Virus record (IMG/VR): IMGVR_UViG_3300042557_000098
Reading direction: 5' to 3' (one strand)
DNA length: 64,000 nucleotides
Origin: a virus
Part shown: piece after piece, positions 1 to 12,200 of the stretch
How the letters are laid out: every line of letters begins with the position of its first letter
Numbering within the stretch: the stretch's first letter is position 1
Made by a program: the position numbers and the translations under genes
The notes under the pieces: generated by a model
Database searches by the model: none
Seen by the model: only the letters and a program-made list of their open reading frames with translations
Told to the model about the DNA's origin: nothing

Positions 1-3000
1 AAGTTTTCCATTACAGATAACTTACCATCCCAAACAAGACTCTCTGCCATTGTCTTTCTAACAAATGGTAAGAAGAAAGAAGATATAGAGTTTTGAATAA
101 ATCCTTCATCTTTAGCTTTTTTATTAGTCTTGCTAATAAAGTTATACAACGCAAATAGATCTGGATCATTCTTAATGTCCTTATACTCAGCTGATTCCCA
201 CTTACTTAAAGGATGGTTTTTAATGATGTAGTTGTTCCAACCATTAAAATCCTTTCTAGTTATATCATACTTACGACTCTCTTGAATAATTGCTTTCTCT
301 CTTTTCTCTACAATCTCTGGACTGTTACCAGGGAAGTCATCATTGATACGCTTAAGATTCTTTTCTAATACAGCATCAGCTTCTTTCTTATATGCTTCTA
401 TGTCAATGTTATTTTTAAGCCAAGTTATATCTCCTCCTGCTGCAGCTTTGGCATCAACTTCACTACGAAACTTTTCATCATACTTGTAGATCAGTCTGTT
501 TATCCATTGTCCCTTCTCATCCTTTTGATATACCTTCTTGATAGTTTGTCTGATATCACCACCTCTTTTAACAAACCTCTCTCTGATCTCCATTAGCTCT
601 TTAATCTCTTCTAAGGAATCAGCATTAGCATTGCTTCTAGCTTGTCTATTTAATTTAGCAAGTACATTCAAAGATCTTTGTCCAAGGTCTTCTACACCTC
701 TAAAGTTAGCAGCCAATCCTTTTGTAACAACCTCAGGCTTGGTTAATCCTGTTGTTAAGTTTCTTTGACCTATATGTTTATCTGCAAACTTAAAAGCAAT
801 GTCAATAAGCTCTTGCTTAGACTTGTAGATGTTCTTAGCTTCCTTTTCAAGGTTAGCTCTTAATTCTCTTAACTCAGTAAGTAACTTTTTATCTTCATCA
901 GTCTTAGCGTCTATTTCCATCTCAGGACTATATATAAGATCACCAATCTCAGCATCAACTCTATCAAAGATTTCAGCAGTCTCTATATAGTTTCTTAACT
1001 CTCCTGCAAACTCAGACAGTTCTTCATTAGTAGAGTCTTCAGAAGAAGCATCTCTATCTTTGAATATAGTGTCATATGTATTGATGATTTGCTCTCCCTT
1101 AGCTCTAGTTGTTAGAATTACATTGATTAATTCAGCAATGTTTCCTGTTCCTTGTGCAAGACGAATAGCTCTCTTAAGTTCTCTCATACGAGCATACTTA
1201 AATTGACGCTCTTCCTCTTCAGCTTTCTGACCAGAGATACGCTCGTATAGAGTATTTAACTTTGCCAAATACTTATCAAGTTTTTCATAACCAGTAGACT
1301 CTGTCTTTTCAGATACAGGAAGTAATCTTAAGTCTGTAATCTCTTTTGCATTTACAGAACCTATTGCTATACCTTTTATAACATTCTCAGATGTACCATC
1401 TGGTTTGTTCTGTGTTTCCATCTTCATCATTATAGGAATAGCTCTAGTCATACCAAAGCTCTTAACTCCATAATAGTTACGTAAGATGTCTTTGTAAGTT
1501 CCTAACTGTATATCATATGCCCCTTGTTTAAAGAACGCTACATCTTCTGAACCTTCTGCAAACTGCAAGAACTTCCAGTCTAGTATATGCGTTTTACCAT
1601 CTGGCTCAATTGCTAAGAAGTCAATTGTACCAGCTTCTTTATCTTTAGGATTGTATATAATAACCTCAGCTCTAATGATTGTACCCTCTGGGAAACTATC
1701 AATTAATTTTACATAATAGTTTTCAAGAAGTTGATACATCTGTTTAGTCTCTAAGTTAAATGTGCTTGGAGCATCTACAGGTTTTACTCTTCTTGTACCA
1801 TCTTCATTATAGTATCTATGATGGATATCCTCAAGATCTTGGTGTCCTTTAACACCAAACTTTCTTTTTAGTTCATTGAACTCTTTCTCTTGTTTAGTAA
1901 ACACCTTACCAGGAAACTTCTTTTTATACCAAGCCTTTACTCTGTCAGTAACTCTCTTGAGTACTTTTTCAGTTGTACCATCAGGTTTCTGAGCTTGATA
2001 AAAGTTACTTGCTTCTTCTGAATCTAATAGAATAGGATCTACCTTTTCTTGATCTTCATAAACCTTAGTTATAGTATTCTTAGTTTGATCTAAGCTATCT
2101 GTAATTTTTTTCTGAGCATCAGACAATTGGAAGAATATACCTCCTTGTTTGATGTCAGCTATATCACCACTGATATCTCCTGATCCTATCTGAGAAGCTA
2201 CCTCTGTAAATATATCAATGTTTGCTTTTCTATACATTCCATTAATGAAATCAAGAATAGCATTCCATAGGTTTCTTACAAAAGATTGATTAATTTCTTC
2301 TCTTAACTCAGGGAACTGATCTGTGTTCTCCATTTGGTTAACAATCAGTTCAGTTATTAACTTATCTACAGCCTCCTTCTTTATCTTACGAATGTCAGGT
2401 TTGCCATTAGGAAGTGTATAAGTGTCTTTATATGCATCATATGTTTCCTTGTAGATTTTAAATCTATCTATCTTAGAAATCATTTGAGTGATTAATCCAG
2501 GATTAGTTTGTTCTATCATAGCTGTAGCTATGTGTACCATCTCCTCTGTTAATGCTTGTCCTTCTTGTTGATTAGCTATGGCTATGACACCTCTAGTAAG
2601 GTCAGCTAATGCTGTCTTACCTTTTACATCAATGTCTGTGTTTTTTGCATATTCATATAAGTCTTCTATGCTAACACCCATTTTAGCAAGCACTTCTTTT
2701 ATCTTAGCCACAGTCTGTGGAGAAGCAATAGAACTTGCCATGTTCTTATCTTGGAAATAAATATTAGTAGGATCAAAGCTATACTTAATCCCTCCTTCAA
2801 CAAACTGTACATTGAATGCACCAAGTGATTCAAGTTCTTGTCTTCTTGCTGTCTTACGTGCTACCACCCCTTCTCCACTAGGGATAGCTTCAGTTCTCAC
2901 TTGTGTATTATCATATCCACCTTTGTCAATAGCAAATGATCCTTCATTAAGTACAGACTTAAATTGATTAGGTCCAGGTGTTACTATATCTGATTGAAAT

Positions 3001-3245
3001 TTATCACCATTTACTATTAATGGTTCACCATTTTCATCAACTACTTTAGAACCTTGCTTTCTTTCCCAATCACCAAACCAGTTCTTAAATGAACCAGTGT
3101 ACACCTGTGCCCATAGACGTAAGGCTTGCTCCTTGTCTTTTACAAGATCTTGCAGAGTTTTATATAGAGTAGAAGGCTGCCCATTAGGAGCTTCTACTCT
3201 TTCAATTACACCATCATCATTTCTAAATACTTGACATTCAGCCAT
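1..3245 (-). CDS. Giant virion-associated protein, partial (ATG at 3245..3243; ORF runs off the window start, more than 1081 aa). Contains a RecB-family PD-(D/E)xK nuclease motif GTIDFLAIEPDGKTHILDWKF
   Basis: Manual translation of the minus strand from ATG 3245 stays open to position 1. It is in frame with the motif at about 1565..1630, which matches the RecB/AddA/Cas4 consensus G.ID....DG...I.DYK. It sits 14 nt downstream of the 4145-aa ORF stop, with no long plus-strand ORFs across it. Confidence 0.6.
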   Translation of the reverse strand, partial: MAECQVFRNDDGVIERVEAPNGQPSTLYKTLQDLVKDKEQALRLWAQVYTGSFKNWFGDWERKQGSKVVDENGEPLIVNGDKFQSDIVTPGPNQFKSVLNEGSFAIDKGGYDNTQVRTEAIPSGEGVVARKTARRQELESLGAFNVQFVEGGIKYSFDPTNIYFQDKNMASSIASPQTVAKIKEVLAKMGVSIEDLYEYAKNTDIDVKGKTALADLTRGVIAIANQQEGQALTEEMVHIATAMIEQTNPGLITQMISKIDRFKIYKETYDAYKDTYTLPNGKPDIRKIKKEAVDKLITELIVNQMENTDQFPELREEINQSFVRNLWNAILDFINGMYRKANIDIFTEVASQIGSGDISGDIADIKQGGIFFQLSDAQKKITDSLDQTKNTITKVYEDQEKVDPILLDSEEASNFYQAQKPDGTTEKVLKRVTDRVKAWYKKKFPGKVFTKQEKEFNELKRKFGVKGHQDLEDIHHRYYNEDGTRRVKPVDAPSTFNLETKQMYQLLENYYVKLIDSFPEGTIIRAEVIIYNPKDKEAGTIDFLAIEPDGKTHILDWKFLQFAEGSEDVAFFKQGAYDIQLGTYKDILRNYYGVKSFGMTRAIPIMMKMETQNKPDGTSENVIKGIAIGSVNAKEITDLRLLPVSEKTESTGYEKLDKYLAKLNTLYERISGQKAEEEERQFKYARMRELKRAIRLAQGTGNIAELINVILTTRAKGEQIINTYDTIFKDRDASSEDSTNEELSEFAGELRNYIETAEIFDRVDAEIGDLIYSPEMEIDAKTDEDKKLLTELRELRANLEKEAKNIYKSKQELIDIAFKFADKHIGQRNLTTGLTKPEVVTKGLAANFRGVEDLGQRSLNVLAKLNRQARSNANADSLEEIKELMEIRERFVKRGGDIRQTIKKVYQKDEKGQWINRLIYKYDEKFRSEVDAKAAAGGDITWLKNNIDIEAYKKEADAVLEKNLKRINDDFPGNSPEIVEKREKAIIQESRKYDITRKDFNGWNNYIIKNHPLSKWESAEYKDIKNDPDLFALYNFISKTNKKAKDEGFIQNSISSFFLPFVRKTMAESLVWDGKLSVMEN

Positions 3246-3259
3246 TTGGATTGATTTTA

Positions 3260-6200
3260 TTATTTTTTACAGCCTTTATCTTTCTTATTTAATACGTCAT
3301 CTATTTCTGAAGCTTCAACAGGAGGAGTTTTTTGACCACCTATGAATACTGATTTAATAGTATCATCACTAACCTCATCTACCTTTATGAACCCATTATC
3401 AATCTTAGACTTGTTAGCAAAGTCATAGAACTCATTAGCTCTAAAACTATCACCCCAAGCATTGATTGCTTTGTAGACAATGAATGTATATCCTGATCTA
3501 TTATATGTAATTAAAGGATCAACACCATCATCTATTACCTTCTTAAATAACCCTTTCTTAATGAAAGAGAAATCTGATGCTTTGACCATCTCTGCTCTTG
3601 TCTTTCCTTGAGGTATTTCTTCCCAACTATATACAATAATATCCTTAGTGCTCTCTCTAGACAACGTTGATATCTTAATCAATTGAGGAATCTTCTTATC
3701 TCTCATTGCAATATTTGCACCAGTGTTTAAGATAGTCAATGCATTATTATCATATCTAGTCTTTAACTTACCATCTTTTTGCTTCTCTGTTTTCCATTGT
3801 GCTTTCTTGTGAGGAACAATTTCATCATCATTCCAGTTGTTTCTTTCAAAAACATTCAATGTAGCAAAGTCAGCTAAGTTAGGTAAAGTTTCTAACTTGG
3901 ACAAAATATCATTGTATTCTTCTACAAAGTCATCATAAGGAATAAGAGAAGTAAAAGATATAGCAGATGTAGATAAACCAGATTGTAATATAGAAAGCTT
4001 TACTAACTTCTTATACAAAGGAAGATCACCTGTAGACTCCATATAGTTTCTCAACTCTTCAAAGCCATATATAACTTTGTTTTGATCATATACTTTGTTA
4101 TCCTTACCTGGCATGTAAAGATTATTAGGACGCTCTTCTTCTGTTCCTGCAAACTTAGGAGCTAAAGAGTTTACAATAACATTGTTATGTAAAACGTGCT
4201 CAGGATCATTTTTAATATCATTAAAATAATCTGTAATCTGTTTTGCTGTACCATCTTTAGATAGTAGGTCTCTCTCCATATTGATCTTAAATGTAGGATT
4301 GATTTGCACAGCCCAGTCAAAAAGATCATTAACAGCTTTTCTAGCCACCTTAACAAACTGTCTATCGTTCAAGTTAACGTAAGGTCTTAGTACGCTTTGA
4401 AGCACACCTCTTACCCTTCTTGTATCAGAAGTCAAAGCTGTCTGACCAATAGCATTTCTACTATCACGTAATCCTATTCTAACTCTACCTATGAAAGATT
4501 TATTTAATAAGTTATCTACAGAAGATATAATAGTTTCTCTAGCTTGAGATAACTGCTCTTCTTTCTTAAAGATTAACATTGGGTCATTGAACGCTGTTGT
4601 ATCAAAGTTAGATCCTTGTACCACTTTAAACAATTGATTAGCCATCATGCCATACTTCAAGAACTCATTTAATATGAATTGTTGTTCAGCTTTTCCAGCA
4701 ACATCAAAAGACTTCTTACCTATGTTCTTCTCAAGAGCAGCAACGTTAGGAATACTATTCAATCCTTGTACTTTGCTTGGGTCCACCTTATATTTCTCAG
4801 AGTCTTTAATAGCAGCTACAGTTGAGTCATTAAATAACCAAGTGTATCCACTGTTTTCTAACTCACGTACATAATCACGAATGATTGGCTGGTTCATAAA
4901 GTAGGCCACCTCTTTAATTGGAACTCCAATCTTAACTAAGAACAACCATGTAGGAGCTACGTTAGGACTTGCACCTAACTCCATAATCCAAGGTCCCTTA
5001 GCAATATCCACATATCCATCAATAAACTGACCAATGATATCAGATATGTCATATTTATTGTTAGCATCTTTAATACCAGAAAGACTAGGCACTGTTCTAC
5101 CACCAACCCTCACTGTATTATATTTGCTAAAGTTAACATTAGCATCTCCTAACCACTTCTGATCAGACTTGCTTAATTTGTACATCATTGATTTATCAAC
5201 ATACATATTAGAACGTTGGTTCTGAGCATGGTTAGTTTGAGCTACAGCAGCAAGACCAATTGCATATTTACCACGTACAAACGCTTGTCTAAGTCTAGAC
5301 ATGAATATTTGATTCAACATATTGTCAGTGGAAGAATAATCAAATGAACCAAGACCTAACTTGTCTGTAATATCAATTGACATGTCTTTTAATAACTTAG
5401 CATTGTTTGGTGTAACCAATCTAGTGTAGTTAGCCTCACTTCCAATAATGTTTTCTAAAGACTGAATGTATTGATTCTCAATAGACTTCTTGTATAATAG
5501 ATTGATTATTTGATCTTTAGCTTTGATACCTCTAGTAAATTCTTGTGTTAATTCATCTTCATTAATAAGACCATTTAAGTTTCCAACTATTGCTGTAATT
5601 AACTTACTTGCATTAGACTTCTCTTCAATCAAGTCTTCCAACATGATTTGTTCTTCTGCTATGTATCTGTCAAGCTCTTGTAATTGTTCTTTAGTTAAGA
5701 ACTCTCCTTTGTCAAACATTTCTTCAAACTTCTTGATAGCATCCTTACCCATTCCAAAGTATGGAATCAACTTAGGCTTACCATCTTTTCCTTTGTAGAT
5801 GTTCTTGAAATACATAGATAACTTATCTATGTCAAAGTCAGATCCAACCTTCTGAACTAATGCAGCTGGTACAACAACAGAGTCTCCAAACTCTTTAGGA
5901 AGGAACTTAGCTATCTTAATTACATCCACAGAGTTTTGCTTCTGTGTAGGAATACGAAACGCAACACCTTTCAATAGTGCCTGACCTTCCTTAGTCTCAT
6001 TCAAATATTCTAACAAAGCTTCATCAGACATGTCGCTATCAAACCATCTTCCTACCATCACCTCAGCTACACGCTCTCCACCTTTCTCATAAAACTTTAA
6101 TACATCTGACTCAAACAATCCATTCTTTCCTACAGGTCTTACTGATTCAAATCCTGTAGAAGGAATCTGTACTTTTAATCCACCATTAATCTTTGGACGT

Positions 6201-9200
6201 ACAATGTTCTTATCCACTATAGAATAAAGAATGTTTCTCACTTGACTGTACATAGGGCTAGCTTCAATCAAAACTTGACCTTTCTCAAAGCCCACAAGTG
6301 CAGCAACTATATTACGATTCACTTCTCTTTTGAATAACTCAGAACGTAATGTTTGAGCAATCTTCTCAGGATCTACAATCTCAAATCCTGCTTTGGTTTG
6401 TTTAATACCTAATCTATCAAGAAGGTTTTTATAACCAATGTCAGTCATTTCCTCTAGTAAGTCTTGGTTCTCCAATATCTCTTTGAAGAATGGAGATGCA
6501 TTAGCCATAGCTGTTTCATCTTCTAAATTTTCCCAAGCTTCTAAACGCTTGTTAAAATCCTTCTCATCAGACATGAAGTCAAAAGGCACACCAGCTTGTA
6601 AGAAGTCTAATGTTACCAACTTAGTAATCTGAGAACCTCTTGTTACAAAAGCCTCATCTTTAGAAGGCACCTCAGACTGTACACTTATAATACTAAATGG
6701 TATATTAATCTTATCTGTATCTGCAATAGGAGCATCATTAAAGTTACCCTTGCTATCATATAATTTAACCAATACATCAGCTCCCACCTTTCTACCACTG
6801 TCAAATACAGCGTAGTCAATGTTATTCTCTTGCATCTTGTTGTATAACTTGATAGCATTTGAATCCTTATTGATTTCATGTAACACTCTGTAACTCAATG
6901 GATAAAGAGCAAACTTATCTAATACAACATCATTGTAAGATTGTTTACTCATCTTAGCCCCAGCTACAATAGGTTTCAATGGAGTGTATGCACTTTTAAC
7001 TTGAGGATTGCCTGCTTCTAATAAATTTGATTCATTAGGAGAAAGATCTTGACCCTTGTCTCTTTTCTCAAAAGCAACATCATATCTGTATTGTCTTTCC
7101 TCATTAGGGTTCCAGTTTGAAGCACGTATTCTAAAGTTGCGATATGCTTGCATACTAATCATACCACCACCATCTGTTTCAGTGAATGATGAATACTCTT
7201 TAGCAAATCCTTCTACATCTGCTACACCTTTGACATCCTCTAATGTGATGGTTTTGAAATAGTCAGCTGTGAAGTCAGTGTATCCAAGATCATCAATATC
7301 TGTATAGTCATCATTATATACATTATTCATTACAGCATTTAAACCTGCTGAACCATATATGATAGCCTGACGTGGAGATAAGAAACTCTTAATACGCTTC
7401 AATTCATCTTTGTAGAAATATGGATCTGAGTATACAAGCTTATGTAACTCTATGTTATTAATCATATAGTTAACAGATAAGTACTTGATATTCACATCAA
7501 CATCATTCTCACTTAAAGATCTTTTCTTTTCAAATTCCACTCCATTAAAGTTAAAACCATTCTCATCTTCAGAAAGAATATTGTAATTAGAATACACAGC
7601 TTTTCTTCTCTCAATATCCTTCTTAACAAATGCGTCTATAGCAGTGTTTATTCTTGATTCAAAGTGTGTGTAAACATCCTCAAGAGATTTCTCTTTGCTT
7701 GGATCATATGATACAATATCTTCATGTAATGATGGTCCTAATATATTCTTGAAGAAACGTAGGTCTGTAGACTTTCTAGTCTCGTTTTCATCTTGTACAA
7801 TCTTACGACCTTCTCTAGAAACAGCTAACTCTGACAAGAAGTATCCTTTAAATACTTTATGTATTGAGCTATTGTCTTTCTTTAAACTATTTAATGTAAC
7901 TGTATTACCTACATAGTTTGCCCAGTCCAAAGAGGCATCTCCTGGAACAAGGTTCATATAGTATCCTGCTAGGTTAAGATTTAACTCTTCCTTCAAACGC
8001 TCACTAGGTGTAAGACTAGCTGGGTCTTTTCTTTTGCCAAGGCCCTCATCAATCATACCACCTGCATACGCTGTGCTTAATATCTCATCACCCTTAGGTA
8101 ATTTGTTTCCTGAATCTTTATCAAATATCTTGTCCATGAATACAGAACCAGTGTTAGCAAAGTTATCTGTAAGTAAGTATTCATATCTAGAGCCAACTAA
8201 TTGTTTCTTATTGCTTATCTTAGTTAAGAAATCACGTAAGCTACTAATAGCATTACCACCTATGAAAGACTGTACTCTATCACCTTCAAGGTTAAAATAG
8301 GTACTTTCAAAGTCAGGATTTTGAATCTTAGCAAGCATGTCAGCAATCTCCTTAACTCTACCTGCAGTGTTAATTGTCTTACTAGAAATAAACTTAATCT
8401 GCTCAGCTTCTAATAAGTTCTTCTTTATACCAGCAACAGCTTTGTTAAAGTCAGATTCAAAGCCAAGTCTTCTAATCATTCTAATAGGAACATCCACTCC
8501 TAAAGACTTCATAAATAATACACTTCTTTCTAATGATCCTAACTGTTGATTCTCAATGTTCTTCTTAATAGCTACGTACATTTTGTTAGGAGCATCATAT
8601 CTATAGTACTTTCCTAAGTTCTTTTGTATAGAGCTAATGATACTGTTTTCCATATCAATAGCAATTTGCTTAGATGCTGTGCCTACAGACATATCAGTTG
8701 TCACTACAGTTCCATCAGGAGCTGTGTACACTGTAACCACGTCAGGAGCTTGTCCCTTCATTACATTGTAGAAAGAAGTAACCAGTTGAAGATCTGCATC
8801 AGTTTTTATATTAGCATAAGGATTCAACTTCTCAGAAGAAGGTTGTCCTGTAAGTCTTTGGTATATTACACCATATTCAGGTTTTTGAGACTCTACAAAC
8901 TCACGTAGTTTTTCCATCATATCATCTACTGTATCTGAGTTGTATAAAGCATTCTTAAGGTCTATATACACCTTGCTCATTGGTATTAATCTAACACCAT
9001 TGATTGAAGAAAGTGTTCTTTTACCTCTTGCATTTCTGTATGGAATGGTAGCTAACAATAATTTAATAGCAGCGTTAGCCTTCTTAAACTTGTCTATTTT
9101 CTCTGACTCTTGATAGTCTCCTCTACCTGTATTATTCTCATTTGTTGTTTGAGTACTATCGTTCTCATCAAATTCAATAGAATAAGATAACAATTGTTCT

Positions 9201-12200
9201 TCAAAGATTTGAGTTATCTCATCCCAGTTTTTATCTATGATTGCAAACAACTGCTCAGCTTTTGCTACCTCAGGAGCTACATCTTCTTTTGTAGCAATAC
9301 CTTCTTTCATTAGTTTAGCAGCAATGTTCTTAATCTTATCTACAACTGTATACTTAAGATTATCTTTAGCTTCTTTATATATTACAGCTCTGTTCTTAGC
9401 AGGGATATCAAATAGGCTTTGATTAGTAGCAATAAGATTTGTAAGAGTAGAATAGGTCATTTGTTGAATAGTATCATGTACTTGTTCTCCTGTAAGACCA
9501 TTAGCAATTAAACTATACTCACTAGTTGGGTCACCTATAGCATCTTCAACATCAATAATACCAGGCTTAGCTAATGCTAACTTAGATTGATATGGAGATG
9601 CGTTCTTATAATAACCTTCTCCTATTCTCTTAAATAACTCTTCTGTGTTTCTTGCAGCTTGAGGACCTAAGAAATATTCTTTAATAAAGTTTGCTAAATC
9701 AGTAAATAACTTAATGATGTAAGGTCTACCATCAGCAGGCTTAGGTGGAACTTTCTTATCTAATACATATTCTCTAAACTCTTCTGCTAGTTGTTCCTTG
9801 ATTTGACCAGGAGTTGCTTCTGAGTATTTAACTTCTTGTCCTGTAACTCTATCTACAAAGCTGCCCTTTCTATTCTTGAATTCATTTACAATAGCCTTGC
9901 GTTCCTTAGGGTCAGAGAACATATTCCAGATAGCATGAAACACTTCATGATATGCTGTCCCAGCCTCTGCATTAGTGTATACATAGATAGCACCATTCTT
10001 ATACATACCCCAAGCCTTTCTTCCTCCTGTAGCTTTGATGACATTCTTCACTCTATATACAGGAACATTAGGTAGGTTAGTTCTTAACCATTGTTCTAAC
10101 TTCTTCCAGTTTTCAGATTTGAATGTCTTTATTTCATTCTCTAATATCTCACGTAAGTCTCCATCTTCATCTTCTAATAATGCTTCTTTTATAGCACCAC
10201 TTCTTACACTAGGGCCCTTTGTTGTAATTTGTGCTGGTGCCTTTTCTTCAATCTCTATTACTACATCATCTGCATCTGCTTCATCAGGTATTGCAAAAGC
10301 TTCTTCATCTTCTTCTACAGCAGTTGCCTTCTGTACAGGTACATTTAAGAAGTTAGCAATAGGAGCTTTTAAAGCTCTTCCCATATCTTCCTTCTTAATA
10401 TTTGCAGCAATTAAAGCTTCCTCAGCTTTAGCTAAGTCTTCTCCTTTTAATATCTTAATACCATTATCAATATCTCCTTTAGCCAATAAATTACGATTAG
10501 CTGTGAAAGCTATTCTAGTTCCCTTTGGAGTAATAAATATATTCTTAGTCTTACCATCTAATACAAACTTTGAACCAGTCTTAGTTTCTATTGGAGCTTC
10601 TTGTGTTTCTCCTACAGTAAATGTTTCTTCTTCTTCTGCAGAAACAGGTGTTGCAGCTGTAGGCTTAATGCCACCAGGAACAACAGTCTTAGGCACAGTT
10701 CTAACTATCTCTGTAATAGTAAAGTTGTCAGCAGCATCGCTAAGTGTAAAGTATACACCCTCTCTATTAGTATCTTCAGGAGATTCTAACGCAGTAATAT
10801 CAGTAAACAAAGGAATCTCATCAGCTGTTCTTCCCTCATCTGATAACAAATATGTTTGATAGTTTTGCCATTCTTTTGTTTGTGGAATACCATTCTCACC
10901 AATACCTATGATTTCTTCATATGTTAAATTATATTCATCTGTGTTTTGTACCTTTCTAGCATTAACATTATTGTACATGTTTTGTAGAAGAGTGACAATT
11001 GCATCTTTCTGAGTTTCCATTGCTTGTGGTGTAAAAGAAAGACTCTCTCCTTTACCAGAGAAGAACAATCTTAATTCACCATCTGCTCTCTCAAACCATA
11101 TACTATTATAACCAGGGTCTTTGCCTTCTTTAGGTTTGCCCCAGAATGTAACACTTCTTAACCAGTCAATTAAATATTCACTTCTAGCTTCTACACCACC
11201 ATCATCAAACACATTGTTAGATAATTGATTAAGAACCTCATAGATAGTTTCAGCTTCTTTAGTATTGAACAGTCTGTTCTTTAACTTAACATAAGCATTA
11301 TCTAATACTAAGAATATTCTACCAAGCACATCTGTAAACTCTGTGCTTCCTTTACTAATATCTTTTGCAACAGTAGGCACTTCAATTAACTGCTTTTCAA
11401 CTAAGTCTTTGTCTTCAATTAATCCAGCAGCCTTTACAGACACAGCAGCACTTGGATCAGTAACCTTCTTACCATCAGGTAATGTAATACTAACTCTAGT
11501 AGGTCTTCCAAAAGAAGGAGTGATTGATTGTAATCTAACAGCAGGGTCTTTTAATGTTTCATTTCTGAAAGCAATATATTGATCTTTTAACTCCTTTCTA
11601 GTTTGCTCAGGTGTGTTGCTTCTGAACATTGTTTCATTACCAAAGTCAGGACCCCATTGTAAACTCTCGTCAGGCATTACTTGGAACACAGCATTCTCTA
11701 ACTTATCTTGACCTTCTGCAAGAGGTTGCCCATCTTGACCTACCAATACAAAGTTACCATTACCTTGATCTTCAACCATTACTAATGCAATAGTCTTTGT
11801 TGGATCTATGTCTGTATTGTTGTTCTGTAAATATGAAGTAAGTCCTGGTATAATGTTGTCTTCATTTGCAGAAGTAACTAAGACACCAAATATATTATTC
11901 TTATTAGGGAATGAGTTGAACTTATTACCAAAGTAATTTGCACGTGCATAGCCTAATATATTCTTACTAGCAACAGTAGATGTAACTAATATCTTTGGAC
12001 CTTTCTTAGAAGTAGGTTCGTACTTAACACTATATGGAGTATTGTCTAATTGTTCCTTACTTAATGTACCAATAACTGCATTAATAAGTTTACCATCACT
12101 CTTTAACTTTTTCTCTTGTTCTTTCTGTAACTTATAAGCTTTAGCAACATCTTGAAATCTAGTTAAAATTGCTTCTCTAGCTTTTAAGTCTTGTTCATAT

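Noticed and set aside
9790-9810. Second DxDGD-type motif (LLEDEDGDL) in the 4145-aa protein, a tempting RNAP Asp triad.
   Set aside because: It sits inside an acidic low-complexity linker (EEDEEAFAIPDEADADD ... EDEDGD), where the pattern is expected by chance. It is noted only as a caveat on the DFDID call.
10035-10859. 274-aa plus-strand ORF (Ser-rich) and many other 60-110-aa plus-strand ORFs between 3260 and 54243.
   Set aside because: All lie antisense inside long, contiguous minus-strand genes and have low-complexity composition. They are shadow ORFs of the coding strand.
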